64,000 bases of DNA from Tubiluchus corallicola. Its lineage: Eukaryota > Animalia > Priapulida. Position numbers and translations under genes: made by a program. Below, piece by piece: positions 1 to 41,415 of this stretch (position 1 is the first letter of the stretch; the number at the start of each line of letters is the position of its first letter). The stretch spans positions 558,001-622,000 of the forward strand of contig JAQGDQ010000074.1 of assembly GCA_030141605.1 (NCBI GenBank). Reading direction: 5' to 3'. Under the pieces are notes generated by a model. It was not told the DNA's origin. It did no database searches and worked only from the letters and a program-made list of their open reading frames with translations.

Positions 1-559
1 CACCTTCCATCTGACATTCCTTAGAAATCAGATTTCAACTTCTTGCCGGCCAACTCACCCTATGGTTAAACTCACCATAACGTGCTCAGTGTTTAAATAT
101 AGCATTTCCCATGAGGTTAAAAGCCGTGTTGTTACCTTAGAGACAAGGTTGCAGCTACATCACTAATCTGGTATGACGTCACTAGCTGAAAAGTGTGCTA
201 ATTTATTATAGGAAAACATCTTTTGTATTGACACATAAATGTTTCTGGTGACATATCGAAAACAAGCACGGCTGTATCAGCCTCAAACATATTTAACTCA
301 CAATGCTAAATTCAAGACATACAGGCAAAAAGTAATTCCTTCAACTGCCATAGAGCTGAGAATTTATAACGAGTTTGTCTATAAAGTTAACGTCGTAAAT
401 TAGAAAGATTTTACCACATATATATACTATTATTTTTTGTTGAGAATGTCCAAAAAATAAAAATTGCATACTTGATATTGTCATTAGACCCATAAATGAA
501 AAAATGAGATATTAGAATGTTTGTCATTCGGAAACCACCTTAGTTTCAGAAGAAATAAA

Positions 560-637
560 ACACCAGCCACCGAGAATATCATTATTTTATTGACGATTAA
601 TCGTCAATAAAATGATGATATTCTCGGTGGCTGGTGT
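560..637. repeat. 78-bp spacerless palindrome
   Basis: Arms 560-598 and 599-637 are reverse complements with one mismatch; centre TTAA. Confidence 0.95.
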
Positions 638-3600
638 ACTGTTTTGCTTTTGGCATGGTTGTATTGTCCTTAAAATATTGATATTGTCTTCATTGTGTTG
701 GTATTAGTAGGACTGTATTATCAAAAAAGCTATTGGCCAATTCAGGTCTCAATCGAAAAAAGTAATTGAAGTGTCGGAAAAACATAATAAACGTGGTTTT
801 TTTAATGTAAGTAAAAACGAAATTTATGGGATTAATTTTGTGTTTCTTACTTTTGTTTTTTTTTCTTAAAAACTTAGTATTATTCATAATATATGGATCT
901 AATTTCATGACAAAAAGTTTATTACTTTTTATTCCAGTACAAAGAGAACCACGTTTTTAATGATTTTTTGTCCACTCGTTATAATTTCTCAAATCCGATC
1001 TTGAATGGAATTCTGCAGCCACGCTGTACTGGTGCTTCAGAAGTTCAACTACAAAATCATATCGCCAAATCACGTCTAATTTACTTAGTCGATCAGCAAC
1101 TATTTGCTCTAGTCACATGATCTGACATGAAAAAAACAAAATGAATTTTCTTTTGTAAAATCAATGGTACGTCACTGATTTTCTTTTTTCGTAAAGCTGT
1201 AGGACTGTCTCTGCATGTCGTGAACTTCTTAATTGATCGATCAAGGAACCCATGTCCGAGTGTGTCCTCTTTCCGCGTTGAAGAAACCTCAAGGAAATCA
1301 GCAAATTTGCTCCCAGGTTTCAAATGTCAAGTCAGTTTACTCAGTTGAGTTGGCAAAACTTTTAGCCGAAATGGACATCATATTAACTAGCTAAACAATG
1401 GACTCTGCCAGAATGACACAACGACAGTTTCGCAAATAGCTGGATTGACGTCAATGTCATCTCAGTGCAGACTAATAATAGGTATGAACTTGTTCACATT
1501 CTTGTCGCGAGCGACGTCGGCGACAATGATTAAATGGTTATTTTCATAACATTATATTATATATTATTATATAATAACAGTATTATATAATAATAATAAT
1601 ATCCATATCAGAGGTTCTCAGGATCCTAGGTCACCTTCCATACTGTTGAGTTCTCAAGTTTTTTCAACTCAGTTAGTTTTACAACATTTTTCACAATAAA
1701 ATGGAAAAATCCTTATTTTAATGAGTCTTAATTGGTTTAATACGCAAATACACACGCTACTGGGAAGCCATGAGATCTTTGTTAAAATTAATGCCATTAA
1801 AAGAAAAAGATAGTGTAATAGCGAGATACTCGAAACGCAAACTTCCACTTGAGTTTTAATGCCTACATTTGATGCCAAGAAACTGAACTTAACTTGTGCA
1901 AAACTAACTAATTTATGTAATGGCATTTCATTTGATGAGTATACACAGGTCACAGAGCACTTTCTTTCCCAAATTGGAGTTTCTATCTGACTGAAGTTCC
2001 TTCCCAATTCTTTTTTCGTGGAAAATATTTCTTCACTTAGAGCTGAGGCCTCAAACGTGGTAGCCAAATGCCTCCCGTTTGAAGGCCACCGATCTAGACA
2101 TGTCAGTGGCACATCTAATACCAAGTGGAAAACCACTATGAGATCCTTCAAGGTTGTTCAAGATCAACGAAAATTCGCATATATATATATATATACATAA
2201 TGTGTTTTACGATCTTGCACGAAAGCACATGGAGGGCGTCTTGAACTGTGTCCTCTGATCCTATATCAAAGATCGTTGCGAGTCACCGATAGCACAACCT
2301 CTCTCTTTGTTAACTTGCTTCCTTTATAGATAGGCCTCTAGCACGCATTACTCCTTTTTTGCAGAAACTCTTTATGGTGTGTTAATAGCTTATATTAAAT
2401 GTTCAACACGCACAACGTATATAATGGTAAGAACACAAAGGCTGGCTTTGATAACTTAACGAAAAAATAATAAAAAATGTCGCACAATTCTTGGATAAAA
2501 ACGTCACCGAGTTCTAGTTTCTCCTTTACTTTCTATAATTATTTCAATTCAGTTTAATAAAAAACTAAAATTAACGCTTGCCTTAAAAATACACTTATAA
2601 ATAATCAACAGATTTGGCGACTATTTGAAAATTTGTATCTTTTGTCAGTTTTATATATCTTAGAAATAAATGCCACTGGTATGTTCAGACTGAATTGTCT
2701 CCAAATTGCCATGCCTGTGTGTCCTATATTGAGTTTATGCATTTAATATTATGTGTACACACTCTCTCTAAGTAGTCCATTTCCACTGTAGTGTTACCAC
2801 TGATTGGCTTTCAGTTGCTGACATAATAGGGCCATGTACAATGGCGGAGTTAATTTTGTGTGCATTCTTACTCTTCTCGGCATACCAGAGCTGTCATCAA
2901 GCGTTCTGATGAAGCTGTCTTATGTGAAGCGATTTCTATAAGCTTCAATCACGGAACAATATACGTCACAAGTTCATAGCAATATAATAATATCACACCA
3001 GATTAGTTCTCTTTTCTTGGCTACGCTAATAAGGGCAAATCATCAACTTCGTTGAAAAAGGTGATCTAATAGTGTTAAAGCATTTCGGTCGTCAGTAGGG
3101 TGGGATCAGCGGTGATCTTGAGCTACTGGTTTAACTGTAGCCTCTAAGGTAAAGTGATAAAGGTAAAGGGTACATGCTGCTTTAGCTTTTTTCCTAAAGC
3201 AGCTTCAAGCTAGAATCTACCAACATCGTTTGTTACCCTATCTGTGATAACCTAAAGAAACACCAAAAGATGTCTTCATTCAACGTACCATGCGGTAACT
3301 CAATGTAAAGCATCAGCAATTTAACCAATGTGTTTAGATTTTGTTACTTTTTGGTACTCACTAATCAGAGAGTGATCTGTCTTTCATCTTGAGAAGCTCT
3401 ACAGTAGGCCAAGTGGACCTAGGGCACAATCTCTTTAGTGGAGTTAGAGCACAGTCACAATTTGCATTATAAAGCATCTTCCCAGTGTTTTTCCCAGTTA
3501 ATTCCTCATTAACTTTTTTCATAGTCATTCTTTTGTTTTTTCGAATTAATTTCATTTCTCTTTTATTATCTGGCACGGCGGCTTTCAATTTAGGGCAGCT

Positions 3601-4899
3601 TACGCCCTTTTTTAAAATATATCAATATGGAATTTTATTTTCTTACAGAAACCTGGTGTAAGATCAGGTCAAATTCTTCATTCTTATTCAGTTCACACCA
3701 CGATTTATTCATGTGACTAAATTGCTTTCCTTCTTGAACAAGTTGAGCATCGAAGAATGACTAGGGTATATGTCACAATGACGCTAATAACTCACAGGGC
3801 CGTATTCTCATTCATTTTAGAAGGGCCCGGCCCTTAACACTCTGTGCGCGCCTAATTTCCCTCTTCAGAGAGCCATTTCAAATAGAGAATTCGTTATATC
3901 GCTACTCTATTGAATCTCAATTAAGTTGCAGAGGAAATTACAAATAGAGGTAATGATGCGTGACGTGGACAAAGTTATCAGAATTCCACCCAAGGATATT
4001 AGTTAAACTCTTGCAAGCAATAGAGTCCTTATGATCACTTTGTCCTCTGGGGCGACGACAATAATATAGCTATAAAATTCAGACACCACAAATCGATTTA
4101 AAGTAAAAGTCAGAGAAACTAAACATGAACAATTTGAACAAAAATAAAGTTAGCGTCTCACGGTCTGTGGAACCATGAGAGTTTTAACTTAATCTAAAAA
4201 TTAAGAATTTAAAAATGCTAAGCAAACGCGAAAAAAAATTTCAAAGTAATATAATTAAGTATCGCTATTGATCCGCGACCTGTAAAATATGAACTTGCAG
4301 AAGTATGAATTTAGTATTTTATCGTTTTATGCAAAAAATCTAATTATTGGCCAATAGGATTTATTTTATATAATTACTTAGATCATTCTTTGACTAAGCT
4401 AAAAGCTTGTAAAGCGTTTTGTCTACTAGTACTTAATCCGTTACAGTATAGCTCAAGTCTATACCAACATCTACGACTTATGTCCAGATTTCAGATCGTA
4501 CAAATCCAATGACAACCTTGTGGCGTCGTCTACAAGCAAATTTTCAATTTAAAAGTGGAGCTTTTCTTACTAACGAGTAATGACACTCTTTCCAAGGAAG
4601 AAGGCAAATTAGTCGTTAAATCACGTTAAAAATTCTAAAGGTTGATGCAGATATAGTTCTTCGTAAAGGTGTTTCGAAATTTCTAACCACAAAAATATGA
4701 TACAATATTTCGCAGTTTTTGCTGTTATTTTAGATTGTTTGTTTTTTGTTCTAGTAAAACTCTTGTTTTAATTGTGATTACTAAGTAATTTCAACTAGTT
4801 ATCTTAACCTACTTAAAGGTCATGGTATATGTATAAACTTTTGAGGAAACTAAAATAGTAGCTCTTCACGATTGTCGTAAATATTTAAACCTTTTAGTA

Positions 4900-7130
4900 G
4901 GGTCAATATAATGGAAACAATAGTCCTACCACAAAAAATCTGTAAGAAAGTTTTAAGTGTTTTCTTATAGTATTTGGTCCATTTGATATAGTCAAAATAT
5001 AGCCGCCATTTGACCAAAATTGAATGAGTGTTTAGTCTACCAGAATGGCTAAAGATTCTTATTTTGATTCAAAAGCATGAAACTTTGCACAGTGCTATAG
5101 CTCATTAAAATGATTAATTTTGATTATGGAGTCAATCAAAATTCGTCCAATATGGTAGCAGTTTTCAAGATGGCTGACTATATGGATGTTGTTAGCTTAT
5201 AAGGGCTATATGTTAGCTATCAGAGCATACGGGATAATGTTTTTGGTGTCTAAATATATGTTTTCAAGGTCAAAGAATACACATCTGATGCTTAAATGCC
5301 CCTATAATATCACCACATGTCAAGATGGCTGCAAAGATGGCAGCAAATGTTGCACGAAATGATGGAATTCCTCATTTTGCTTTAAAAGCATGAAACTTTT
5401 CACAATACTAAAATCCATCCTATTGATTAATTTTGGATATTCAGCCGATCGTAAATTATCCAATATCGCGACAGCATTTAAGATGGCCGACAAGATGGCT
5501 GTTGCCAACTGATAAGGGCCATTCGTATCTTTTGAGAATTGTGAAGCCTACCTGTTTTGGCAACTAACATGCACGTACTGTCACAACGTAGCAAGGTTAT
5601 GTTTGGATGCTGGTAATTTTTTTCGAATGAATATTGCATGTACAACGTTATATAGCACATTGCTGTACTCTGCTTAATGTCTGGAACAGGCAAACACAGA
5701 TGTCCAGGCAAGTACTGTTTACACCATAGATATGTTTAGATTGGTTTTAAAATGAAATTAATAAATAGGTTTTAGTAAACAAGTGGGTTTTATTATTATT
5801 ATAAATAATATTAGCGGGGTATTAATGATTACTATTACAGTGATGCATGTGCTGGCTCTGTTATACTAGAGTGCAGTAAAACATTCAAGCACAAACAAGA
5901 ATGTTGGCAATTAAGTCAGCTGAGTCATGCCTAGAGACACCAAATTCTTCTGTTACCTCCAACACTTACCATGTTTAGACCAGGCTATATTTTTCTCTTC
6001 CTGGTAAAATCTGAAATTTGGTAGCAACCAGTAAAAGTTGACGAACTGATTCATTTCAGGGCCTAGGACATTCGCATCTTTCATGAAAAGCTATATACCT
6101 AAGGTTATTGCCTGTTCCAGACATTAAGCAGAGTGTAACAATGTATCTAATGCATTATTAATGCTGTACGTGTAATACTCATTCGGAAAACCATACCAGC
6201 ATTCAAATATAACCTTGCTACGTTGTGACAGTACATGCATGTAAGTTGACAAAACAGGTAGACTTTGTTCACAATTCCTAAAAGATATAGCTCTTATGAG
6301 TTGGCAACAACCATCTTGTCGGCCATCATGAATGCTGTCACCATACTGGATAATTTTTTATTGGCTCCATATCCAAAATTAATCAACAGGTTGAATTTTA
6401 GCACTGTGCAACGTTTCATACATCTAAAGCAAAATAAGTAATTCCGTCATTTTGTGCAACATCTGCAGCCATCTTAACGGGAATCTTGATATGTGGTGAT
6501 ATTATTGGGGCATTTAAGATCAGGTAAGTATTCTTTGGCCTTGACAATCTATATTTAGACACCAAAATCATTATCCCCTATGCTCTGATAGCTGAGATAT
6601 AGCCCTTATAAGCTAACAACATCCATATAGTCGGCCAGATTGGACGAATATCGATCAGTGACTCCATAATCAAAATTAATCACCTTAATGAGCTATAGCA
6701 CAGCGCTAAGTTTTATGCTTTAGAATCAAAATGAAAATTTTTTCACCACTGTGTAAGCCTAAATCATCATCTTACGCCCATCACATTTACTGTAGACATT
6801 GGGCAGGCAGAATTCTAAAAAAAAGAAATTTGCCCTTCAGGCAGGTAAACACAGCAGTAATCCAGCAAAAAACTAGACGCTGCTACGCAAGTGGCTTGTC
6901 AGCACCAATTCCGAGTGGTCAAATGGCCATTCACTTTGGTCAAATGGCGACTATACCACCAAGTACCCATTCACTTTGGTCAAATGGCGACCATTTTTGA
7001 CGTCATAATTAGGCCCTTTGCATTGCTCAAATTTCAGCCTAATTTGAATAATGTTGTTCTCTAGACCAAATGCTATACACCAAAAAACGTCTTCTTGCAA
7101 TTTTTGGGTGGTGACTCAGTAAATTGAACC
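4900..7130. mobile_element. Outer inverted-repeat element interrupted by the foldback
   Basis: 4920-5030 (agtcctaccacaaaaaat; tatagtatttggtc; cgccatttgaccaaa) is inversely repeated at 6915-7120 (tttggtcaaatggcg twice; gaccaaatgctata; tttttgggtggtgact). Confidence 0.7.
5031..6763. mobile_element. Foldback / non-autonomous DNA transposon with about 630-bp inverted arms
   Basis: 5061-5693 aligns to the reverse complement of 6108-6732 (for example gactatatggatgttgttagcttataagggctatat vs atatagcccttataagctaacaacatccatatagtc). Spacer about 400 bp; no coding capacity. Confidence 0.85.
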
Positions 7131-7289
7131 TGAGCAGATAGCAGTAAATATAAGCAGATAGATAGTTATATACGCAAAAGATAGCTACTACCCTGTGGCT
7201 CAGCGTTCCATTGTGAGTTTAGTTTTCTATCACAAACTAAGGATGGAGTACAATAATAGAAATTTCCTCATCTACTTGTTATGACTTCT

Positions 7290-7400
7290 GCAACCGATAG
7301 ATGGCGGACCAATACGGAAAAGTTCCAACAAGCTTTTGTCAGAATTATCCAATCACATCTGCAAAAAGAATCACGTGCTGAAGCGCTTTACGCGTGGAGC
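7290..7400 (+). promoter_or_regulatory. Putative DOT1L core promoter
   Basis: CpG-containing patch 150-250 nt upstream of the ATG, with YY1-like AGATGGCGG (about 7299) and E-box TCACGTG (about 7371). Confidence 0.45.
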
Positions 7401-7547
7401 CATGATTTTTATCGTGAGATTGTGACTTTTTGAGTATTCTCTATGAATATTTTTTATGAAGAGTTTGTAGAAAAGGAATAAAATGTGACAAACGTAGAAG
7501 TTATAAAACACAGCAGTTTGCTGTGCGTTGGGACGAATTGGATTAGA

Positions 7548-36102
<28,555 letters not shown>

Positions 36103-36999
36103 TGCAAAAATGTTGCTTTAAGTATATGTAAGCCCACTAATACTATCTAAGCTTGCTATGTCGACAGTCACTTGTTTCAAGGTGCAGTTATTCTAATGAT
36201 GTTGAACAAATTGATAATTCTACCAGAGTGTTACGATCAAGTCTGCTGTCACCTGGCAGAAGGCTTGTGGATTGTTGCATGTTAGAAAAAATGAAGGAGT
36301 TTTTCGTGAAAAACCAAAAGTTGGGAGCTATGTTATTGTAATTTGAAGTTATAACCTCATTAATTATGAAACTAAATTTGCTTGATGGTGCAGTCTAAAG
36401 TGTGTCATCTTTACAATTTAAGAGCTTAATTCTAATTTACGTACCTTCAAAGGTATTTCCAATTTCGGCATTTTTCTAATGAGCATATGGCAGTAAACTA
36501 ATGAGCAGTAGCACTAATAAACTACTGTGAATGATTGACAAAATTTTACTTGGGCAGTGGCTGATAGACTTATCAGTATGGCATTCCTAATCATGTAGCT
36601 AAAAGTGCTAATATTCCCAGGTATGATGACACTGCCATTTATTTTATATAGATGAAGTATGTTTGTTGTTTTGTAACATAGAGTTGATTTTAGCATAGAA
36701 CATTGCTGTATGAAGTGCAATCTTTGTTGTTCATGTCGTACCTTCTTAGTCATGCTAGTAGCATATAAATCATATCCCTTATAGTCTCAGTACATGCATA
36801 TAACCATTCTGTCACTACCAGTAAACATACATACTCATAGCTCACTTATTATTGCAATTCTGACCCAGTCTGAATTGATGTTGTAAACATTTGTACATCA
36901 TTTCGGTAAATTTTATTGTCCTAACTGTAAACTTTTCAGGTCCAACATACGTGTAGCTAAAACTATTGTTGTTCATTGCTAACTGTAGAAGTGTTACGA

Positions 37000-37320
37000 T
37001 AATATCATGTGTACTAATTTCATTCAGTTGTTACATTTTAGTGGTAATATGCTTCCTGTACATAACGATTCATAAGATTAAGGCATTTAAACTCTTTAAA
37101 CTTTGATTTTTAACTAATATTTCTATTGGAAAAACTTGCACTTATGTTGTGCCCCATCGTGTTGTATATAATCATTCATTATAAGAATGTTGCATTTTTG
37201 AGATGGAATGTGTGATAATGCTGAATATATTATCAGTGGCTTTGGACGTTCGATGAGATTAAGGCATTTAAACCCTCTCAACTTTCATTTTACCTGTATT
37301 TCTATTGCAACAAGTTATAC
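37000..37320. repeat. Diverged about 180-bp tandem duplication in the DOT1L 3' UTR
   Basis: agattaaggcatttaaac..aacttt.atttt..tatttctattg occurs at about 37075 and about 37256. Confidence 0.75.
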
Positions 37321-37547
37321 ATGCATATATACATGCATGCCTCACTGCCATAATGTCACTAACTAGGTGGATAAATTTAAGGATTGATTTATTCCTTTTT
37401 TTTAGAACATTGAAGAAAAATAATCATGCTGTGTTTCAGTTCTTTATATTATACTCATTTGAAAGCATTAATTTGGTAATTTAAGTATAGTATATGGCTT
37501 TGTCGAATATATGCTTAACGTCTTCTCACCGAACTAGCAATTGGTGC

Positions 37548-37553
37548 AATAAA
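37548..37553 (+). terminator. Candidate DOT1L polyadenylation signal (proximal)
   Basis: AATAAA followed by the T-rich tract cattttt gtttt. Confidence 0.45.
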
Positions 37554-38236
37554 ACTTGTAAAAACTAGGAAGTCATTTTTGTTTTACTCTGATGCTTCAT
37601 AATGATTTAACTTCAAGCAGCTTAGTCAACACACTCCTTAAACACACCCTTATAATATTTTGATAGGTATGAGGAAATTTGACAGTGCAATAAGGATCAT
37701 CGAAATACACAATTTGAAAATGTCAATGATTTTAATGTTAATTTTCATAATTTAGTGTGGACATTGTAATTGTGGATGTGTAAAAATATCTTTCGACGAA
37801 AAAGATAATTTATTTTTGTGAACTGTTGTATCTGAATCATGGAAGAGCATAAAGGGGCTATTGTAGCCTTCTAAGATTTTAAATTTTATCCTTTGCAAGT
37901 TATTTTAAAAATTGTGTAATTAGAATATAGTTCATTGTACCATATTTTAAAATTGTGTAAAATGAACAGTTTTAAAATATTTTTCTTTGTTTCAGCAGTA
38001 AATTTTAATAGATTGTGGACACTGCAGTTGTATTATTTGCTCTCTCCTGCTGAATTCATCGTATAATGTGCACATGTATGTCTGCTGCATTGTACAGTGT
38101 AGATGCTTTGAAAAACTTACCAGTTTGAAATGTAATTATGTTTTAACTTTGACATGTATTCTTTTTGAAGTTATGTGTAACGCCACCATTTCATGTACTT
38201 AATAGTTGTCTTTTATGTATAGGTAAAATGTTACAA

Positions 38237-38242
38237 AATAAA
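38237..38242 (+). terminator. Candidate DOT1L polyadenylation signal (distal)
   Basis: AATAAA preceded by several TGTA motifs and followed by tttgtttg. Confidence 0.45.
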
Positions 38243-38354
38243 TTAATATTGTACATTATATGAACACCTTACCATATTTGTTTGAAACTGGAGCTGCTTA
38301 ATATCAAAGAAGCACTGAGTACCACAAAGTATGAATCTCACATTGTTTGTAGCA

Positions 38355-39797
38355 TCATGTGGTAAGAACAGTCTCAATACAATTTCTTACGTCATTCGGT
38401 AGAGCTTCCTTCTGCAATGTGCATAATGTTCTGGTGGCTGCACATGGGCAAAGTCGTTTGACTAGTACGAGGCACTGTTGTGATTTGTTCATTATCTTCA
38501 ATTTTGAAATGTCACGAGTAGTTGAATAACGATCTGTTACATCTAACATCAGTTTTAACAATGATCTGAATATTTTCTCCAAATGATTTTCAATTCTTGG
38601 CCAGGCCACAAGTATGGTAGCTTTCATTGCTTCTAAAATATTAAGACGAGTTATTTCTTCTGGATCATCGCTAATTTCTAGATAACTAGTTATCACTGGA
38701 ATAAGCCTTTTCATATGTTTTATCACAGAAGGCCCAAGTGCTTCTATGAAAAGTGAAACATTTTCAGAAAAAGCTCGACGCAACAATATCTGATTTTCGA
38801 TCTGTAACTTATTCAGAATCAATGCAAAAACATAGTGATATCTAGATGTTTTTATCACATTTTCAGGCTTCCAAGGTAGAGGTTCCACCAAGGCAAGAAT
38901 GTCAATAATGCTACGATGCAGCAATGGAACAAGAACAGGATCGTGATGATATAGTTGCTGATGCAAAGCATCATAAATTACTTCTGAGTAACCATTCTGC
39001 CGTAGTAGTGTCGGAATAACGTTATTAATGATATGGTGAAGGCACTGCACACCAATTATTTTATTAGATATCATGTAATCATCTGTTAAATTCAATGCAA
39101 CTGGAAGGATTAGCTGCAAATAATTTTCCAAAAATGGATGTCTAACTCTCTGTAAACAATACTGATAAACAAAAACCATCCCAGGATTTCGTTTCCAGTT
39201 ATTTTTCTGCAAACTATCTTTCAGTTTTTCCAAAATAATTCCAAAAAAGGTTCTTGATGATCCAGGCATAACAGTGACAAATAAGGCTGTAAGGTCATGA
39301 ACCCCACACAGCCTAAAAATTTCATTGAAAAGTGATGATGCACTTCTTGTGGAAACTGTGCAAGACCAAGAATTATTTTCTATATGAAGAATACCTAATA
39401 AAACAACAGATAATAATGACCCAGTTAAATGCTGCTTCACATTTGTGACTGGTAAGTCAACCAAAAGCAAAGTACAACACTTCATGCAAAGGCTAGCTTT
39501 TTCGGCTTCACCAGTAAAGTCTTTGGCATCATAAACACGATCTTCTTTGTCAGGAAATTCATCAGTCAGACCATACACTGCCAAACTGTACAAGAGTTTA
39601 TCTAATGTATCACCATTTATCTTTTCAGCTTTGAAGTGGTTAGTTTCCAGAGAAGCACATAAAACTTTTACAGCTACCATTGCTCCTATTTGGTCCTTAG
39701 AGTGACAATGTCTGATTACGCGCTGGATCAGAATATCCATATTTTCATTACTTAAAACAGATTCCATGCTGATTTCACCAACCAGGTCTTTACATAT
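38355..39797 (-). CDS. TTI2: TTI2 (TELO2-interacting protein 2), main coding exon, 480 codons plus stop
   Basis: Motifs WKRNPG, DDYMISNKIIGVQCLHHI, LLRRAF, YLEISDDPEEITRLNIL and AWPRI...LLKLMLDV match human TTI2 (DDYQTENKILGVHCLHHI, YLEVYDGPEEEARLKIL, TWPRV). Acceptor ttttgcag at 39799-39798, phase 0. Confidence 0.95.
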   Translation of the reverse strand: MCKDLVGEISMESVLSNENMDILIQRVIRHCHSKDQIGAMVAVKVLCASLETNHFKAEKINGDTLDKLLYSLAVYGLTDEFPDKEDRVYDAKDFTGEAEKASLCMKCCTLLLVDLPVTNVKQHLTGSLLSVVLLGILHIENNSWSCTVSTRSASSLFNEIFRLCGVHDLTALFVTVMPGSSRTFFGIILEKLKDSLQKNNWKRNPGMVFVYQYCLQRVRHPFLENYLQLILPVALNLTDDYMISNKIIGVQCLHHIINNVIPTLLRQNGYSEVIYDALHQQLYHHDPVLVPLLHRSIIDILALVEPLPWKPENVIKTSRYHYVFALILNKLQIENQILLRRAFSENVSLFIEALGPSVIKHMKRLIPVITSYLEISDDPEEITRLNILEAMKATILVAWPRIENHLEKIFRSLLKLMLDVTDRYSTTRDISKLKIMNKSQQCLVLVKRLCPCAATRTLCTLQKEALPNDVRNCIETVLTT

Positions 39798-41415
39798 CTG
39801 CAAAAAGATAAAAGTGTAATTCTGTGAGCAAAATTTTGCACATGTACTAGGTCTGTTTTTACGCATATATTTGAAATTACTGCAAGCACTACGTACATGT
39901 ATTGCAGAAATCTAAGATCAAATATTAGTCCCTCTGAGTTCGTAAATTTATGTTTAATACAATCATGCCTTGGATTTTGACCATAATTCGTTCCTAAAAA
40001 GTGTTTGAAAACCGATTTGGTTGAGTACCGAATCATTTATTCCCATAAGAAATAATGTAAAAGCAAATAATCCGTTCTCAAGCACCAAATGAACGGTAAA
40101 GTATTACTAAAATGAAATATAATAATGCAAAAATGCTTATTCAAACAGTAGATGTGATATTATTGAGAAGAAAAACATAATAGAATTCCTTAGAAAGAAA
40201 AACATAATTATTCCTGCATGAAAAACCCTTACGTGTTGGTAGCAGTGTGATGGTATACATAAGCAAGAGCAGAAACACGTGTGTGACTACTCTCGGGTGC
40301 AGTCAATTACGCTCGGCTCGCCGCGCATGCGTTCATCACGTGCTTGGTTGTTGGTCGAGTACCGAAATTCTGGTAGAGAACGCAGACAATTTCAACTGAA
40401 ATTTTCTGGTCGATAACTGATATGTACGAGTACTGAGACGTTCAAAAACCGAGGTATGACTGTACCTTATTGCTACCATCAACACATTACATGCAAAGGT
40501 GTGAATTTTGCTATAAAAAATTGAAAAGATGATTCTCAGGCAAGATAGCATACTAGTCAATGCTTGATAAAACCACTTAAGACCAGCAATGAAGAAAGCA
40601 GTTCGCGTTGCAACTTGTGCTACTAAAGAATTGAAGTGTTAAATTTTGTTTAGTTACTAATCCTACTAAGATTTCTTTCTGAAATTTTTCCATTACATTT
40701 AAATTGCTGCTTAAATTATGCAACTTTAGCTATGTAGCACATAAATGCTTAACTCCTCTCACATAATACGTAATGCACACTCAAATCAAAGCAAATTTAC
40801 TTTTTCTCTCTAACAGTTCAAGAACGAATATAATGTACAAAAATAAATAGGTAGTAAATGTGTTAATTAAAGTAGATATAAAGTCAATGAGATAAGGCAG
40901 TAAATTTACTAAAAAGTCACTGGTTCACATGGCTGATTAAATAATTATGATATAAAGTTGTCTATTAAATAAGTGAACATAATTATAAAGTTTTTATAAA
41001 TTTGATGTTTTATATATAGGGGTAGGTGGGGAAAATCAGTAAATTCTTTTCTAAATTGTAATTTTTAAGAACTAAACTTTTCTATCTCATTGATTTTTTA
41101 TTTCAACTTAGCATTTTATGTTTGTTGTGTTTAATAAAAACTCCTCACTGTAGCAACAAAACCTTTCCGGTTGACAAACGCAAGACTTTTTTTAAAAAAT
41201 GGCTTATACCCATTTCTCCCCATCTCTGGGGTCAAATGTGTAATATGTTTACTGATTGCTGTACACTCATTCTAATAATCTGTAGGTTGAAATGGATATA
41301 ATAGATGAATTTGAAAAAAATCAAAATTATTCATACTGAAAATATTTGTGTCGTCGATCACTTATGCAAGTGGTTCAGATTTAATAGTACACTGGTATTT
41401 CAACAAGACCCGAAC

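Noticed and set aside
1669-2151. 160-aa minus-strand ORF
   Set aside because: No recognisable domain; non-ATG start; no clear splice context
37057-37170. Two Pumilio elements (TGTACATA and TGTATATA) in the DOT1L 3' UTR
   Set aside because: Real matches, but barely above chance in a 2-kb AT-rich UTR
37980-38354. SECIS element in the TTI2 3' UTR to explain the in-frame TGA
   Set aside because: ATGA cores lack the correct AA-loop spacing and GA quartet, judged by eye
39798-39866. ORF-track start MRKNRPST for TTI2
   Set aside because: Runs through a polypyrimidine tract and acceptor; most likely intronic
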